44,774 nt of DNA from a virus: positions 1 through 44,774 of IMG/VR virus record IMGVR_UViG_3300022542_000190, one strand, 5' to 3'. The notes under the pieces are model-generated. The model was not told where the DNA came from and made no database searches. It saw only the letters and a program-made list of their open reading frames with translations. The position numbers and the translations under genes are program-made. Positions 10,148 through 20,409 of the stretch are shown here, one piece after another. How positions within the stretch are numbered: the first letter of the stretch is position 1; every line of letters begins with the position of its first letter.

Positions 10148-10903
10148 ATGGCTGCAAGTGGTAAACTAAGTTTTACTAAGACAAAAGCTTCTGGAACAGA
10201 GAGTGCACAATCAAAAATTACTAAAACAGAAGATGAATTACAGAAACAAATACAAACACAAGAACAAATTTCCAAAGAAACTGGTATTACAACTACGTTA
10301 GATGTAGAAACACAACAGACAGTTAAAGATTTGATTGCGCAAATCAGTGCTGGAGCTGTATCTGTTGATGATACTAGTTTAGCTGAATTAACTGAAGCTA
10401 TTTTAACTAGGTCTAAAACTGCACAAGCTGACGTAACGGGGCAAATTAGTTCAATTACTGAAGATGCCCGATTACAAGGTGAGCAGGAACTGCAGCAATT
10501 ACAAACACAGTTAGCCCAGCAGTCGGGTGGTTCACTAGCTAATACATTAGTAGCTTCTGCAACAGGTGTAGGGCGTGCAAATTTAGAATCGCAAATAGCA
10601 CGAACTCGTGGTGAATTAAATCTGCAAGCGCGTCAAATTGTTACTGATGAATTATCTTCAGCTTTAACGGGTATATCTCAAGTACAAGCTCAAGCAGAGC
10701 GAACGCCAATAGAGAATATAACTAATTTATTAAATGTATTAAAAGGTTCTACAACAACACAAGAACAAACTGGTACACAAGAAACTACCTCGGAATCAGA
10801 ACTTAGTCGTTTGTTGACTTCACTAACTGAAAGTGTAAGTTCAGGTCAATTTGCTACTAAAGGTCAAAAGATTAAAGGTTCTATATCTGGCGGCAATCCT
10901 TAA
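10148..10903 (+). CDS. Q/T-rich coiled-coil virion protein (251 aa), putative internal or ejection protein
   Basis: GAGGA RBS. First of three consecutive proteins of increasing size at the end of the structural arm. Confidence 0.4.
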   Translation: MAASGKLSFTKTKASGTESAQSKITKTEDELQKQIQTQEQISKETGITTTLDVETQQTVKDLIAQISAGAVSVDDTSLAELTEAILTRSKTAQADVTGQISSITEDARLQGEQELQQLQTQLAQQSGGSLANTLVASATGVGRANLESQIARTRGELNLQARQIVTDELSSALTGISQVQAQAERTPIENITNLLNVLKGSTTTQEQTGTQETTSESELSRLLTSLTESVSSGQFATKGQKIKGSISGGNP

Positions 10904-10939
10904 TAATAGTTTGTATAATTAATACGTAGAGGACATAAC

Positions 10940-13051
10940 ATGGCAACTCCAGATATTAGAGATAAGTTAATAAATCAAAGTAAAAACAGTTTAGCTGTGG
11001 CAAACCCAAAAGAAGAAAGTTCTTTTATTCCGGAAATTCCTTCAGCTGTGCGTGATATTGCGTTGCCACCCGCTGTGTTGGATTCTTTAAAGCAGACTCA
11101 TTCTATGTCTACCACATCTATTAATAACGAGCGCCGTCGTATTGATGAAACAGCTGATGCTTTAAAAATAGCTAATACAGAAATTGATTCGGCTACTAAA
11201 AATATTCAAGCAGCGGATTCTAGTTTATTATTAGATTTTCAAGGTATGTTTGATTCCCAGTACAACCGCCAATTTCAACGTGGACGTATAACGACTGCAC
11301 AAAGAAAATTAAAAGTCAAAGATACAGAGTTGACATTAGAACGGCAGCGCGAAGCTTTAGATTTACGTGAAGCTGGATTACCTCTGGACATGTTTAAATC
11401 TGCATTAGCCTTACAAACAAGTAAAGCACAGTTGTCTACGTCACAAGCTAACGCAATTGTTAGTTCTAATAATGCAAGAAAGCAAGTACGTTCTATGATG
11501 CAATCTCAATATTCAGATGATGAATTAGTTAAAATGCATAAGACGGGTTCTCCGGATTCAATTTGGAGTGCGCAAGAATTACAGCAATATGTCGATGATA
11601 AAGACGAATTTAAATTAGATATGGAGTCTAAAGAGATAGCTAATACGTCTAACAGATTAGACTTAGCTGAAAAATTAGAGACAAGAGCTTTAAAGAAAGT
11701 TCCTTTAGCTTGGTTACGTTCATCTATTAATTTAGCTGAAACAACTAAACAACCTTCGATACAAATTCCAGGAACTCGAACTACTGTACCTGCTGATAAA
11801 GCAAGAGTAATTTTGTCCGAACGGTTGAAAGCCCAGCAAGAAGCTTTCCAATCTACGGCGGAATCTCAGATTCAACTAATGAAAAATGACGGTAATATGT
11901 CACAGGCTATGTCAAATTTGGCAAGTGTATCCAGTGTATTTTCTGGTGATGGGCGTAACATGTCCAATCTTGGACAGTTAAATTTACTCAATATTACTGA
12001 AGATACAATTAAAGATATCCCTGTGGATTCTGTGCATCCAGCTTTACGTGCAGATTTCCAAAATGCTTTAGAAGGTGCGGCAATTTTAAATGCTAAAACA
12101 GACAATAATGAACCTGTAACTGTGCAGGATATTCATACTTTCAACCAGTTAGTAACTGAGATAAATACTAAAGCTACAGGTTTACAGAAAACCATGATTG
12201 ATGCTGTTACAGATAAAGGACATAAAGCAGGATTGAAAGAATGGTTTTCTAATGGACGTATGCAAACACAGGATAACTCTGCAGCGGTGTTAGTAGCTAA
12301 TAGTATTTCACTGCCGAATCTTGGAGACGACCAAGCTCTTTCTGCGTCTTACCAAGTCATGTTAGAGAATCTATCGAAGGATATCTTAGGCGATGAAATT
12401 GATTTTTCTACATTAGAACCTGAAGAACGAACTAATGTTATATTTCAAAGTTTACTGGGTGATGGTTTCAAAGGTAAAGTCGCATCAAGAGATAAGATTA
12501 TCAAAGCGCTTCATGCGAAAAATGCGCAAGGTGTATCTCCATTTAGTGCTTACGTAGCAAATCGAGGTGTAGAAATTACAGCTAAAGCTATGCAGAAACT
12601 GGAAGAAACTTATCCTGAGTATGCCGGATTTTTCCAAGCACTTGGGCGCGAAACTGGTTTTCGTAATCCTGCAAAACTCGCAGCTACACTAGCAGAGTTA
12701 TCTTTTAAAATTAAAGAAGCTAATCCAGAAACGCAAGACCATGTACTTAATAGTGCTTTAACTAATTTCATGTCGGATATTATAGGCACAAATAAAAACC
12801 AGTGGGATTCACAGTTGAACCCTGTGCGCGGTTCATTAATGAATTTAATGTTTAGTGCTGACCCTTCGGTTTTAGTTGATGATGCGTTGAGTTCTAGCTT
12901 CGGTTTTGCTACCAGACAAGCTTGGGATACGATGCAAAGCCTGTCTGAACCAAGTGCCCTTGGTGGACTTTCTGCACAACGTAGTCAAGAATTAGGACGG
13001 CCTCAAGCAAACATAGGACAATTCAGCCCTGTACCATTACCGATTAATTAA
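10940..13051 (+). CDS. Large virion protein (703 aa), putative internal or ejection protein
   Basis: GAGGA RBS. Called on position and size only. Confidence 0.4.
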   Translation: MATPDIRDKLINQSKNSLAVANPKEESSFIPEIPSAVRDIALPPAVLDSLKQTHSMSTTSINNERRRIDETADALKIANTEIDSATKNIQAADSSLLLDFQGMFDSQYNRQFQRGRITTAQRKLKVKDTELTLERQREALDLREAGLPLDMFKSALALQTSKAQLSTSQANAIVSSNNARKQVRSMMQSQYSDDELVKMHKTGSPDSIWSAQELQQYVDDKDEFKLDMESKEIANTSNRLDLAEKLETRALKKVPLAWLRSSINLAETTKQPSIQIPGTRTTVPADKARVILSERLKAQQEAFQSTAESQIQLMKNDGNMSQAMSNLASVSSVFSGDGRNMSNLGQLNLLNITEDTIKDIPVDSVHPALRADFQNALEGAAILNAKTDNNEPVTVQDIHTFNQLVTEINTKATGLQKTMIDAVTDKGHKAGLKEWFSNGRMQTQDNSAAVLVANSISLPNLGDDQALSASYQVMLENLSKDILGDEIDFSTLEPEERTNVIFQSLLGDGFKGKVASRDKIIKALHAKNAQGVSPFSAYVANRGVEITAKAMQKLEETYPEYAGFFQALGRETGFRNPAKLAATLAELSFKIKEANPETQDHVLNSALTNFMSDIIGTNKNQWDSQLNPVRGSLMNLMFSADPSVLVDDALSSSFGFATRQAWDTMQSLSEPSALGGLSAQRSQELGRPQANIGQFSPVPLPIN

Positions 13052-13063
13052 AGGTTAATAATC

Positions 13064-16000
13064 ATGCCAACTATTCCATCCGCAGCAGATGCAAAGCAAA
13101 CTAATGTTAATGAAACTACAGGATATCCTGAAGGTTATTTAGAATCTTTAAACAAATCCTACGTAGCTACGCTTAACTTAGATAAAGAAGTAAAATCGCG
13201 CAATCAACAAAACAATGATACTCTAGTCTATGGCATACCTAGAATAGCTCTCGGTGCATTTACTGAAATCGCTGCTGCATTGCCAGGAATTTCAGATGAA
13301 GAAGCTGATACTATGGCTAAATCTTTTACGCCTGATAGTGTGTTTAAAGATTTCTTAGAAAACAAAGAAGGTTCTCAATTAGCTGGTGCATTAGCTACGA
13401 GTTTAATTCCAATCGTAGGTATGACTAAGTTAATGAAATCTAAAAAGGTTTTCAATGCTGTGCAAAAACTAGGCGGGTCTAAAGCTACCAACTTGTTATT
13501 ACCTTCTCGCGTTTCTCAAATGGACAGAGTTGCTAAGTTTAGAGAAGAAGTTTCTGTCATGGCAAGTAAACAACAGATTGCATTTACAAGTGAAGCTACT
13601 CCGATTTTAGATAAGATGCGTAAGAACTTAGCATGGAATGAAGTCTTCGATACGTTGAAAATAGGTCTTGCAACTGATGCAGGTATCTATGCTATGTTGA
13701 ATGAATCTAATTTCTTCTTCCCTGAAGAACTATCTGCTATGGAAACTGCTGCATTTTATGGAGTACCTAATGTAGTTGTGGGCGGATTTGCTGGTGTGAT
13801 GATGCGTTATCAATTGAAGAATGTTTTACGTGATGCAGGTGGCATAGCTAATAAATTTAGAAATCAAGCTGATTTACCTTTGAAGGATATCCTAGCAACT
13901 CCAGGAAATCGCAGCTCGTTTGTATCTGTATTATCTGCGCAGAAAAATATCAAAGAAACTGAATTTGCCAAAGCAACGGGTGATGAAGTTTTGTCTAAGA
14001 ATTTAAACAGCCAAGTACAAGAATTGAAAGTTAATGTGTTTAATCAAGTTAAGTTAATGGCTGACGATAGTGTGATTCCACAAGTAACTAAAAAGTGGGA
14101 GTTAGATGCAGCATCTGCAAATACTATCGAAGCTAGTTTAAAGAAAGATTTCTCTGCGATGCATGAAGCTGTTTCATTGGAAAGTTACAGTGCAAGAAAT
14201 TCCAAAGAGATACTGGAAGCTATCACAAAAAGAAAAGAAAGTATCGGCAAAGAAGCTACTGCAACATTTATTGGATTAGCTAAATTAACTCCTAAATCTA
14301 AAGAACATGTAGCACAGTTAAAACAATTTGAAGATTTAATTAATCAAAAAGAAGCATTGGAATTATTAACACCTATTAAGATTAACACAGATGGTTCTAT
14401 GCAGCTATTGGCAAATTCAAAACCGACCTATGATGATATTCTGACTGGTCGCACTTTGCAAAATTCCAATCAGGCTAAAATTCAATCAACTTTAAATCGT
14501 TCCAACGAAGGCGACATAGTTAAGACTATAGATAAAGCTACAGATAATACTTTTTATTCTGTTAAAGTTGTAGAACCTTCAGGAACTAAGTTTTTGTCTG
14601 TAGATAATCGCATGAAAATGCTGCTGCCAGAAGGCGTGAAATATGAATCCTTGAGTTTCAAGGGCAAAACAGCCCTTCAGAGCTCCGCACGAGCCGCTGT
14701 AGCAGACTTTAAATTGGGTGATGATATATTAAATCCTTTAAGACCGTCTACTGAAATGCACCATGTTGAGCTTGACGCGATGTTAGAGGTTGCTGACAAG
14801 TTTGGTCGTGATAATCCTTCTTTAGTAAGTGCTTTTAAATTTGAAGGTAAAGGTATTAAGAACTTCGATGAATTGGAATATGCCGCAATACAGTCTAAGT
14901 ATAAAGATTTTGTAAAGCAAATGGATACTTTAGGTAAACAGAAAATTGGCATTGTAAAATTAGACGAATTTGATAAGTTCAAAGTTGAAGATTTGATAAG
15001 GTCTTTAAACTTGCCAAACGATGGTGTAACTGGAATGCACCCTGTAGCTAAATTATTCATGGATGGTTATGTAACTAGAACTGAAAATATATTACACGCT
15101 TATCCAGACTTAGCTACTTTCAAGCAAGCTGTGTTAAAATCTGTAGGTGAGACAAGCGATTTAAATAAGTTTATTAAGCCTGAAGATTTACATCTACGTG
15201 GTTCAGTTTATAAGACATATGAAGAACCAAGAAATCCCATTGTTATGTTCTTGAAATCTCGTTATGAAAACCCCTTGCACCGTGAAGATTTAATCAGCAA
15301 TGTTATGCAAGAACGTGTGGATTTTTTGAATAAATTAAAACTGGCTAAAGATAATAATGCTCCGTTGATTTCAGAATTAACTGAATCGGCTATGCGTGAT
15401 GTTGACAGGTGGCAAGCTGCTAGACAAGTAGATACTTTGGTTGAAGGTTCTCAACTAAGAACAGATAGATTTGTTACAACTACATCTGCTGTGGATAACC
15501 AACCTACGATTTTGGCAGTAGATGCTATACGAAATGAGCAAGACAATATCTGGCGTTCATATGCTGCGGCGAAATTCGAACCACACAATGCTACATTTAA
15601 TAAACTATTAGACCATAACAATACTGGAGATTTAACTTCTTTTAATATCTTTGTTAATCAACAAGGTCTAGGTTGGAGAGGTAAACCACAGTTAATTCCT
15701 GTTGAGCAAGAAGGTAAAATCGTAGGTTATAAAATTGCATTGGAAGACCATCAGTTAAATAGAAGTTTGTATAAAGAAGCTTATGGTGAAGCTCCAATTC
15801 CTGATGAATTATTCATGCCACAACCGCTGTTAAAGAAAGGACAGGCTTATAAACCTTTAGTGATATCTCCCCTTGCGGCAGATTCAGTTCGTGCGTTTAA
15901 TGAAATTTCACAGGATATACTACAGCATGTTAATTATTTAAGAACTACATCTGGACGTCCACCTATTCCGTCTAAAGCATTACACATGCCAGCAAAGAAT

Positions 16001-18223
16001 ATGGTTGGTAAAGAATTAGTTTATTTGATTGATAAGAATACGGGTAAACTATCAACAATTAAAGCAGGTAATACTCCAATACAGGTTAAGAGATTAGCTG
16101 ATGAAGAAATTGCTATTGCGAAAAAACAAGGTAGAGATTTGTTCGTAGCTACGGAAACAGAGATTGAGAATTTCAACATGGTGAAGCTTGATGCCTTTAC
16201 ACAAATGACAGATTTCTCCAGTCCATTTTCACAAACAGGCACAGCTACAGGTAAGTCCTTCGGACAGACTATCGAACTGGGTTCTGAAGTAGTTAATCGT
16301 ATGCAGGAAGCTTTGATTAACCAGTATAATACTATATCAAAAGTTTCAAGTGCAATGATATTCCAGCCTGAATTTAAAGCTGCAGAAATGACAGCACGTA
16401 CAGCCGGGTTGCAAAAAACCACTTTGAATAAAGGTAGAACTGTGTGGGATACATGGATGAATCGTGCATTAGGTAAGAAATCGGGTAACAAACAACAAAG
16501 TATCGGTAAGTTCTACGGAGCTACTGAAGATATTTATGATGAATTGTTGCAGAAAGTCTGGGATAAAAAGCTTGAGTTCTTCAAAGGTGGGCAAACTGCT
16601 AAACAAGCACAAGGAAATTTCGCAGCATTAGATAAAGCTGTGCCCGATTTCAATCCATTTAAAGATTCAGTTGAGTTTCTAGAAAACACGATGAAGATTA
16701 AAGCTCCACATTCTATGATTAAACATGCAAGTGCTTTGAATAATGTAACAGGTTTAGCTATGCTTAGAATGTTTGAAGTAGGTTTAGGATTAATTAATAT
16801 TGGTACTTTACCTACGTTGATTCCACCAGTAGCTAAAGCATTGCAGAGAAAAGCTGGACAGTCTGTAGCTGATTGGAAGAAAGCAAATGCAGCATGGAGT
16901 TCTGTAATAGATGATGATGTAGCTATATGGAATCCTACGCGAGCGTTTACTTCAGGGATTCATTTCATGTTTGGTGATGAATGGAAACGTGTTGCTCCAA
17001 TGGCTGCTAAGAAAGGGCATCTATGGCAGAAAACTGTTGAACAATTACAGTTATTTTCAGCACCAGCTATGTCAGCTACAGAGAAGTCAGCTAAAAAATG
17101 GATAGATTTATCTGCGAAATTTGTGGATAGTACAGAGGAATTATCACGTGGAATTTCCTATGCTACGTTTTTTAATATGGGCAAGAAGAATTTAAAACTA
17201 GGTGATGATGCTGCAATGGATTTTGCACACCATATGGCGAATCGTGTCATTGGCGATTTCCGCCCTAATGTACGTCCGCAAGTTTTCCAAGGCGCAACGG
17301 GTATGCCATTTAGTTTGTTTACTACATTTGCGTGGAACTATATGCAAAGAGTTTTTGGTTACGTAGAGAAGGGACAAATGAAAGCCTTCATGAATCAGAT
17401 GGGATTACAGTCTGCGTTTTTTGGTGCGAAATCATTGCCCGGATTTAATCAATACGTAGAAAACTTTACAGATAACTACGACGGTACTGAGAATTTAGTA
17501 GATAGATTACAAAATGGATTTGGTACTGCTGCAACTGATTGGTTGATGCACGGAACTGTAGGTTCATTAACTGGATTAGCTACATACACTAGAACTGATA
17601 TCGTATTGCCAGGAAGTAATTATAATTCAGGTGATTCAGTATTGGATTTCGCGGCAGCTACGTCTATGGTTAAACAAACTTATAAAGGTGTGTCAGATAG
17701 TATAAAATCTATAGCAGCTAATGAAGGTTTAAATGCTAGACAACTGAGTGAGATAGCTAGTAGAAGTTTCCCTATCAGAGCAATGCGGGGCTGGTTCGAT
17801 ATCGCAAACGGAATGCAGGTAGATTCTAGAGGTCAAGTATTAGATAGTAATACTAGAAATGCCCTAGATGTATTTAGTAGATTATCCAGTATTAAGACTA
17901 TTAGAAACCAAGCTGTAACTGAAGAGTTTGCAAGACAGAGAAGTTCTCAAATGAGACAAAATGATATTAGGCAGCAATCAAGAATGGCTTTACGAAGTGC
18001 ATTTCGCGGAGGAACTTTAGATGGTGATTTTGTTAATACACTTGCTGAACGTCATTATAAAGCTGGCGGAGAACCAGCTGGGTTTGTGCCTATGCTACGT
18101 AGTGAAATGCTTAGCGGGTTAGTAGATAAAGCTTATTTACGTGCACTAGAGATAGCTGATAGAGATAGTAAACAAAAAGATTACCGAAGATTATTAGAGA
18201 TTATTTCAACTGATGCAGAATAA
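13064..18223 (+). CDS. Giant virion protein (1719 aa), putative ejectosome or internal core protein
   Basis: Longest ORF and last gene of the rightward arm. Has hydrophobic segments in the C-terminal third. No catalytic motif recognised. Confidence 0.45.
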   Translation: MPTIPSAADAKQTNVNETTGYPEGYLESLNKSYVATLNLDKEVKSRNQQNNDTLVYGIPRIALGAFTEIAAALPGISDEEADTMAKSFTPDSVFKDFLENKEGSQLAGALATSLIPIVGMTKLMKSKKVFNAVQKLGGSKATNLLLPSRVSQMDRVAKFREEVSVMASKQQIAFTSEATPILDKMRKNLAWNEVFDTLKIGLATDAGIYAMLNESNFFFPEELSAMETAAFYGVPNVVVGGFAGVMMRYQLKNVLRDAGGIANKFRNQADLPLKDILATPGNRSSFVSVLSAQKNIKETEFAKATGDEVLSKNLNSQVQELKVNVFNQVKLMADDSVIPQVTKKWELDAASANTIEASLKKDFSAMHEAVSLESYSARNSKEILEAITKRKESIGKEATATFIGLAKLTPKSKEHVAQLKQFEDLINQKEALELLTPIKINTDGSMQLLANSKPTYDDILTGRTLQNSNQAKIQSTLNRSNEGDIVKTIDKATDNTFYSVKVVEPSGTKFLSVDNRMKMLLPEGVKYESLSFKGKTALQSSARAAVADFKLGDDILNPLRPSTEMHHVELDAMLEVADKFGRDNPSLVSAFKFEGKGIKNFDELEYAAIQSKYKDFVKQMDTLGKQKIGIVKLDEFDKFKVEDLIRSLNLPNDGVTGMHPVAKLFMDGYVTRTENILHAYPDLATFKQAVLKSVGETSDLNKFIKPEDLHLRGSVYKTYEEPRNPIVMFLKSRYENPLHREDLISNVMQERVDFLNKLKLAKDNNAPLISELTESAMRDVDRWQAARQVDTLVEGSQLRTDRFVTTTSAVDNQPTILAVDAIRNEQDNIWRSYAAAKFEPHNATFNKLLDHNNTGDLTSFNIFVNQQGLGWRGKPQLIPVEQEGKIVGYKIALEDHQLNRSLYKEAYGEAPIPDELFMPQPLLKKGQAYKPLVISPLAADSVRAFNEISQDILQHVNYLRTTSGRPPIPSKALHMPAKNMVGKELVYLIDKNTGKLSTIKAGNTPIQVKRLADEEIAIAKKQGRDLFVATETEIENFNMVKLDAFTQMTDFSSPFSQTGTATGKSFGQTIELGSEVVNRMQEALINQYNTISKVSSAMIFQPEFKAAEMTARTAGLQKTTLNKGRTVWDTWMNRALGKKSGNKQQSIGKFYGATEDIYDELLQKVWDKKLEFFKGGQTAKQAQGNFAALDKAVPDFNPFKDSVEFLENTMKIKAPHSMIKHASALNNVTGLAMLRMFEVGLGLINIGTLPTLIPPVAKALQRKAGQSVADWKKANAAWSSVIDDDVAIWNPTRAFTSGIHFMFGDEWKRVAPMAAKKGHLWQKTVEQLQLFSAPAMSATEKSAKKWIDLSAKFVDSTEELSRGISYATFFNMGKKNLKLGDDAAMDFAHHMANRVIGDFRPNVRPQVFQGATGMPFSLFTTFAWNYMQRVFGYVEKGQMKAFMNQMGLQSAFFGAKSLPGFNQYVENFTDNYDGTENLVDRLQNGFGTAATDWLMHGTVGSLTGLATYTRTDIVLPGSNYNSGDSVLDFAAATSMVKQTYKGVSDSIKSIAANEGLNARQLSEIASRSFPIRAMRGWFDIANGMQVDSRGQVLDSNTRNALDVFSRLSSIKTIRNQAVTEEFARQRSSQMRQNDIRQQSRMALRSAFRGGTLDGDFVNTLAERHYKAGGEPAGFVPMLRSEMLSGLVDKAYLRALEIADRDSKQKDYRRLLEIISTDAE

Positions 18224-18264
18224 AGTTTGCTGTGGTGATGCCGATTGATTCTTAATCGGATTTT

Positions 18265-18305
18265 GAGGGAGCTAGATTGTCGGGTCTAGTCTCCCTCTTT
18301 TTTTT
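18265..18305. terminator. Hairpin plus T-run terminator at the convergence point of the two arms
   Basis: GAGGGAGCTAGA...TCTAGTCTCCCTC followed by T8. Preceded by a second hairpin, CCGATT-N7-AATCGG (18241-18259). Lies between the convergent stop codons at 18223 and 18304. Confidence 0.8.
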
Positions 18306-18822
18306 ATTTAGGTTTTTTACGCCAAGTTAATGCGTTGTGTAGTTGAACCTGACTCTGTTTTTCTTTCACGTGATTACCCGTACCTTCATCATGCCAACAA
18401 ATACAATCAAAATCATTTGGTGATTCAGCGGGGCAACTGTTAACTCTATAATAATATTGGTAAACTATGCTTGTATCAACAACATTTTGACCCGTTGCAT
18501 TTTTAACTTCAGCAGCTCCGCATCTTGCAGTACAATCTTCTATAGATTCACCCTCATGACATTTGACTAGTTTACCTGCAGTAGCATTTAGTTTAAATAC
18601 TTTATCTAGTTCCTTTTCTGTTTCATCATCAATCAACCAAGTTAAATACTGTTGCGCTTTCTGCAAATCTTCCAAGCCATTCTTCAATTTATACCTAGTA
18701 ACATATTTAACTACGTTACCTTCGAGAAAGTTCATTTGATTAGCTACGATATAATCAATCGGTTCGATTCCGTGAGCTGTGTAATGGTTCTGTGTACCTA
18801 CTCCGTCTTGTTTATTTTTCAT
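18304..18822 (-). CDS. DUF3310-family protein with a Cys-rich C-terminal extension
   Basis: HYTAHGIEPIDYIV...GNVVKYVTRYKLKNGLEDLQKAQQYLTWLI matches the DUF3310 pattern. The C-terminal half carries 6 Cys, including CICWH. Confidence 0.55.
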   Translation of the reverse strand: MKNKQDGVGTQNHYTAHGIEPIDYIVANQMNFLEGNVVKYVTRYKLKNGLEDLQKAQQYLTWLIDDETEKELDKVFKLNATAGKLVKCHEGESIEDCTARCGAAEVKNATGQNVVDTSIVYQYYYRVNSCPAESPNDFDCICWHDEGTGNHVKEKQSQVQLHNALTWRKKPK

Positions 18823-19075
18823 TTTCTTTTTCCTTCTTTGTCAGTAAAATTGCCTTTTTAAATTGATGTATTAATTTACGTAAAGCTGTGGATAAATGTT
18901 TAGCTTCATGTTTTATCACACCTTCGTCTCTTAATAATTTCAGTGATCTATCATACTCAGCACGTATATTTCTAAGCTGTATTAATTCATCTTCGCATTG
19001 TAGTAACGCATCATTGAAGCCTAAGTTATATCCATCTAAATGCGTGCAACCTTCGTCTAGCTGCGGTGTTCCCAT
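18812..19075 (-). CDS. Hypothetical protein (87 aa)
   Basis: Start trimmed to the ATG at 19075, which forms a TAATG overlap with the exonuclease stop. Confidence 0.45.
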   Translation of the reverse strand: MGTPQLDEGCTHLDGYNLGFNDALLQCEDELIQLRNIRAEYDRSLKLLRDEGVIKHEAKHLSTALRKLIHQFKKAILLTKKEKENEK

Positions 19076-19701
19076 TACATGATACCTGCTTTCATCAATG
19101 ATAATCTTAAAAAAGCTACCTGTCGAACACAATCGTATAAAGCATTGTGAGGTTGGAAGTTATCAGAATCAAATTGATTTGCAATATCTTCCAGTGCTCC
19201 TGAATCTTTAATCTCATTTCTGATTTCTAATAAATCCTCATTCATTCCTCTAATCATGCTGGCAATTTCCCAAATGTTTCTATGCTTGAATGGGAATTCT
19301 TCTCCGGTTGCCTCGAAGTATCCACGTAGAAAAGCAATATCAAACTCTGTATGCAGTGCAAAAATATGCCGATGATTTACATTAGTTTGTTTGAGATACA
19401 AGTTAATAGTTTCTGGAATAGATTGTAATGAATCTATGGGAGATAAATCAGCTTCCATTTCTCCGATACCTGTTTCGTGGCGAAACTTAACTGTCTTCAT
19501 ATCATTAACTCGCAACATATCTACATTAATAGCTGAGTTAATTCGATGATGTGAGTAATCCAATATGGATTCACGCAGAGTACGTGCATGTAGATTAAAT
19601 CTAACCAAACAAAATGAAGTCATACCATTTGTAATTGGTGATAACCCTGTTGATTCTATGTCTAACATAAAACAATCTTCTTGAAATAATTCTGGTAACA
19701 T
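19075..19701 (-). CDS. DnaQ-like DEDDh 3'-5' exonuclease
   Basis: Exo I MLDIESTG, Exo II HTEFDIAFL and Exo III HNALYDC motifs. Confidence 0.75.
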   Translation of the reverse strand: MLPELFQEDCFMLDIESTGLSPITNGMTSFCLVRFNLHARTLRESILDYSHHRINSAINVDMLRVNDMKTVKFRHETGIGEMEADLSPIDSLQSIPETINLYLKQTNVNHRHIFALHTEFDIAFLRGYFEATGEEFPFKHRNIWEIASMIRGMNEDLLEIRNEIKDSGALEDIANQFDSDNFQPHNALYDCVRQVAFLRLSLMKAGIM

Positions 19702-19703
19702 TT

Positions 19704-20408
19704 TTAAACTCCTTTATTAAATTCTTTTTTAAACGCCTTTACTGAGGCTGGCACAATAGGTTCAATTAATTCTAATAGTGCATCAGAATAAACTCTGATT
19801 TCATATTGAGCATGTGCATGTGAACGTTCAGCAATAAACTTAAATAAATTATTAAGATTTACAGTAGCAAACATATGGCTGTAAGTACCAAAAGGCAATT
19901 TTGTCCTAGCTAATTCGCGGGGACAGCCAAGTTCTAATAATTTATGGTATTCTTCAAAATCCCTAGTGTTGCCTCTGTGCAAGATAGATTGAATCTCTAA
20001 GGCATTAGGATTAGGTTCATTTGTGCGCATTTGTTTGTTATCAGTAGATTGTGTAGTTATCTGGTCAAGTTCTGGAATATAAAATATTTCAGGCAACTCT
20101 CTGTATCGTGCGCTTAATTCATTATACGATTGAGTACGATGTCTGTGCCACTGCCTGAACACGAAAATAGGAGCTTTGATTTCAAAGGTAAATGTCATAG
20201 CTTCAAAGGGGGTATTATGTCCATTGGCATATAAAAAATTAATTAGTTTTTCATCTTCGGGCCTGCCCTCAGCATCATAAGACACACGCGCGTTGCGAGA
20301 AATTTCTAAATCGCCATTCCAATCATCCGTTTTATTTTCAGGTACTGGTTGCATGTACGATACTAAACGTATTAATCCGTGGTCTAGTACTTGTATATTT
20401 GTTTTCAT
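19704..20408 (-). CDS. thyX: FAD-dependent thymidylate synthase ThyX
   Basis: Signature WHRHRTQSYNELSARY (RHRxxS...S-x-R-Y). Start placed at ATG 20408, which has an AGGAAGG RBS. Confidence 0.9.
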   Translation of the reverse strand: MKTNIQVLDHGLIRLVSYMQPVPENKTDDWNGDLEISRNARVSYDAEGRPEDEKLINFLYANGHNTPFEAMTFTFEIKAPIFVFRQWHRHRTQSYNELSARYRELPEIFYIPELDQITTQSTDNKQMRTNEPNPNALEIQSILHRGNTRDFEEYHKLLELGCPRELARTKLPFGTYSHMFATVNLNNLFKFIAERSHAHAQYEIRVYSDALLELIEPIVPASVKAFKKEFNKGV

Positions 20409-20409
20409 T

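Noticed and set aside
14677-16491. Minus-strand ORFs 14677..15060 and 16021..16491
   Set aside because: They are embedded antisense in the uninterrupted 1719-aa ORF and have no RBS or promoter.
18761-18771. GGTTCGATTCC, a perfect tRNA T-loop-like 11-mer
   Set aside because: The flanks give only a 3-bp T-stem, and there are no acceptor, D or anticodon arms. It encodes ...IEPID... inside the DUF3310 gene.
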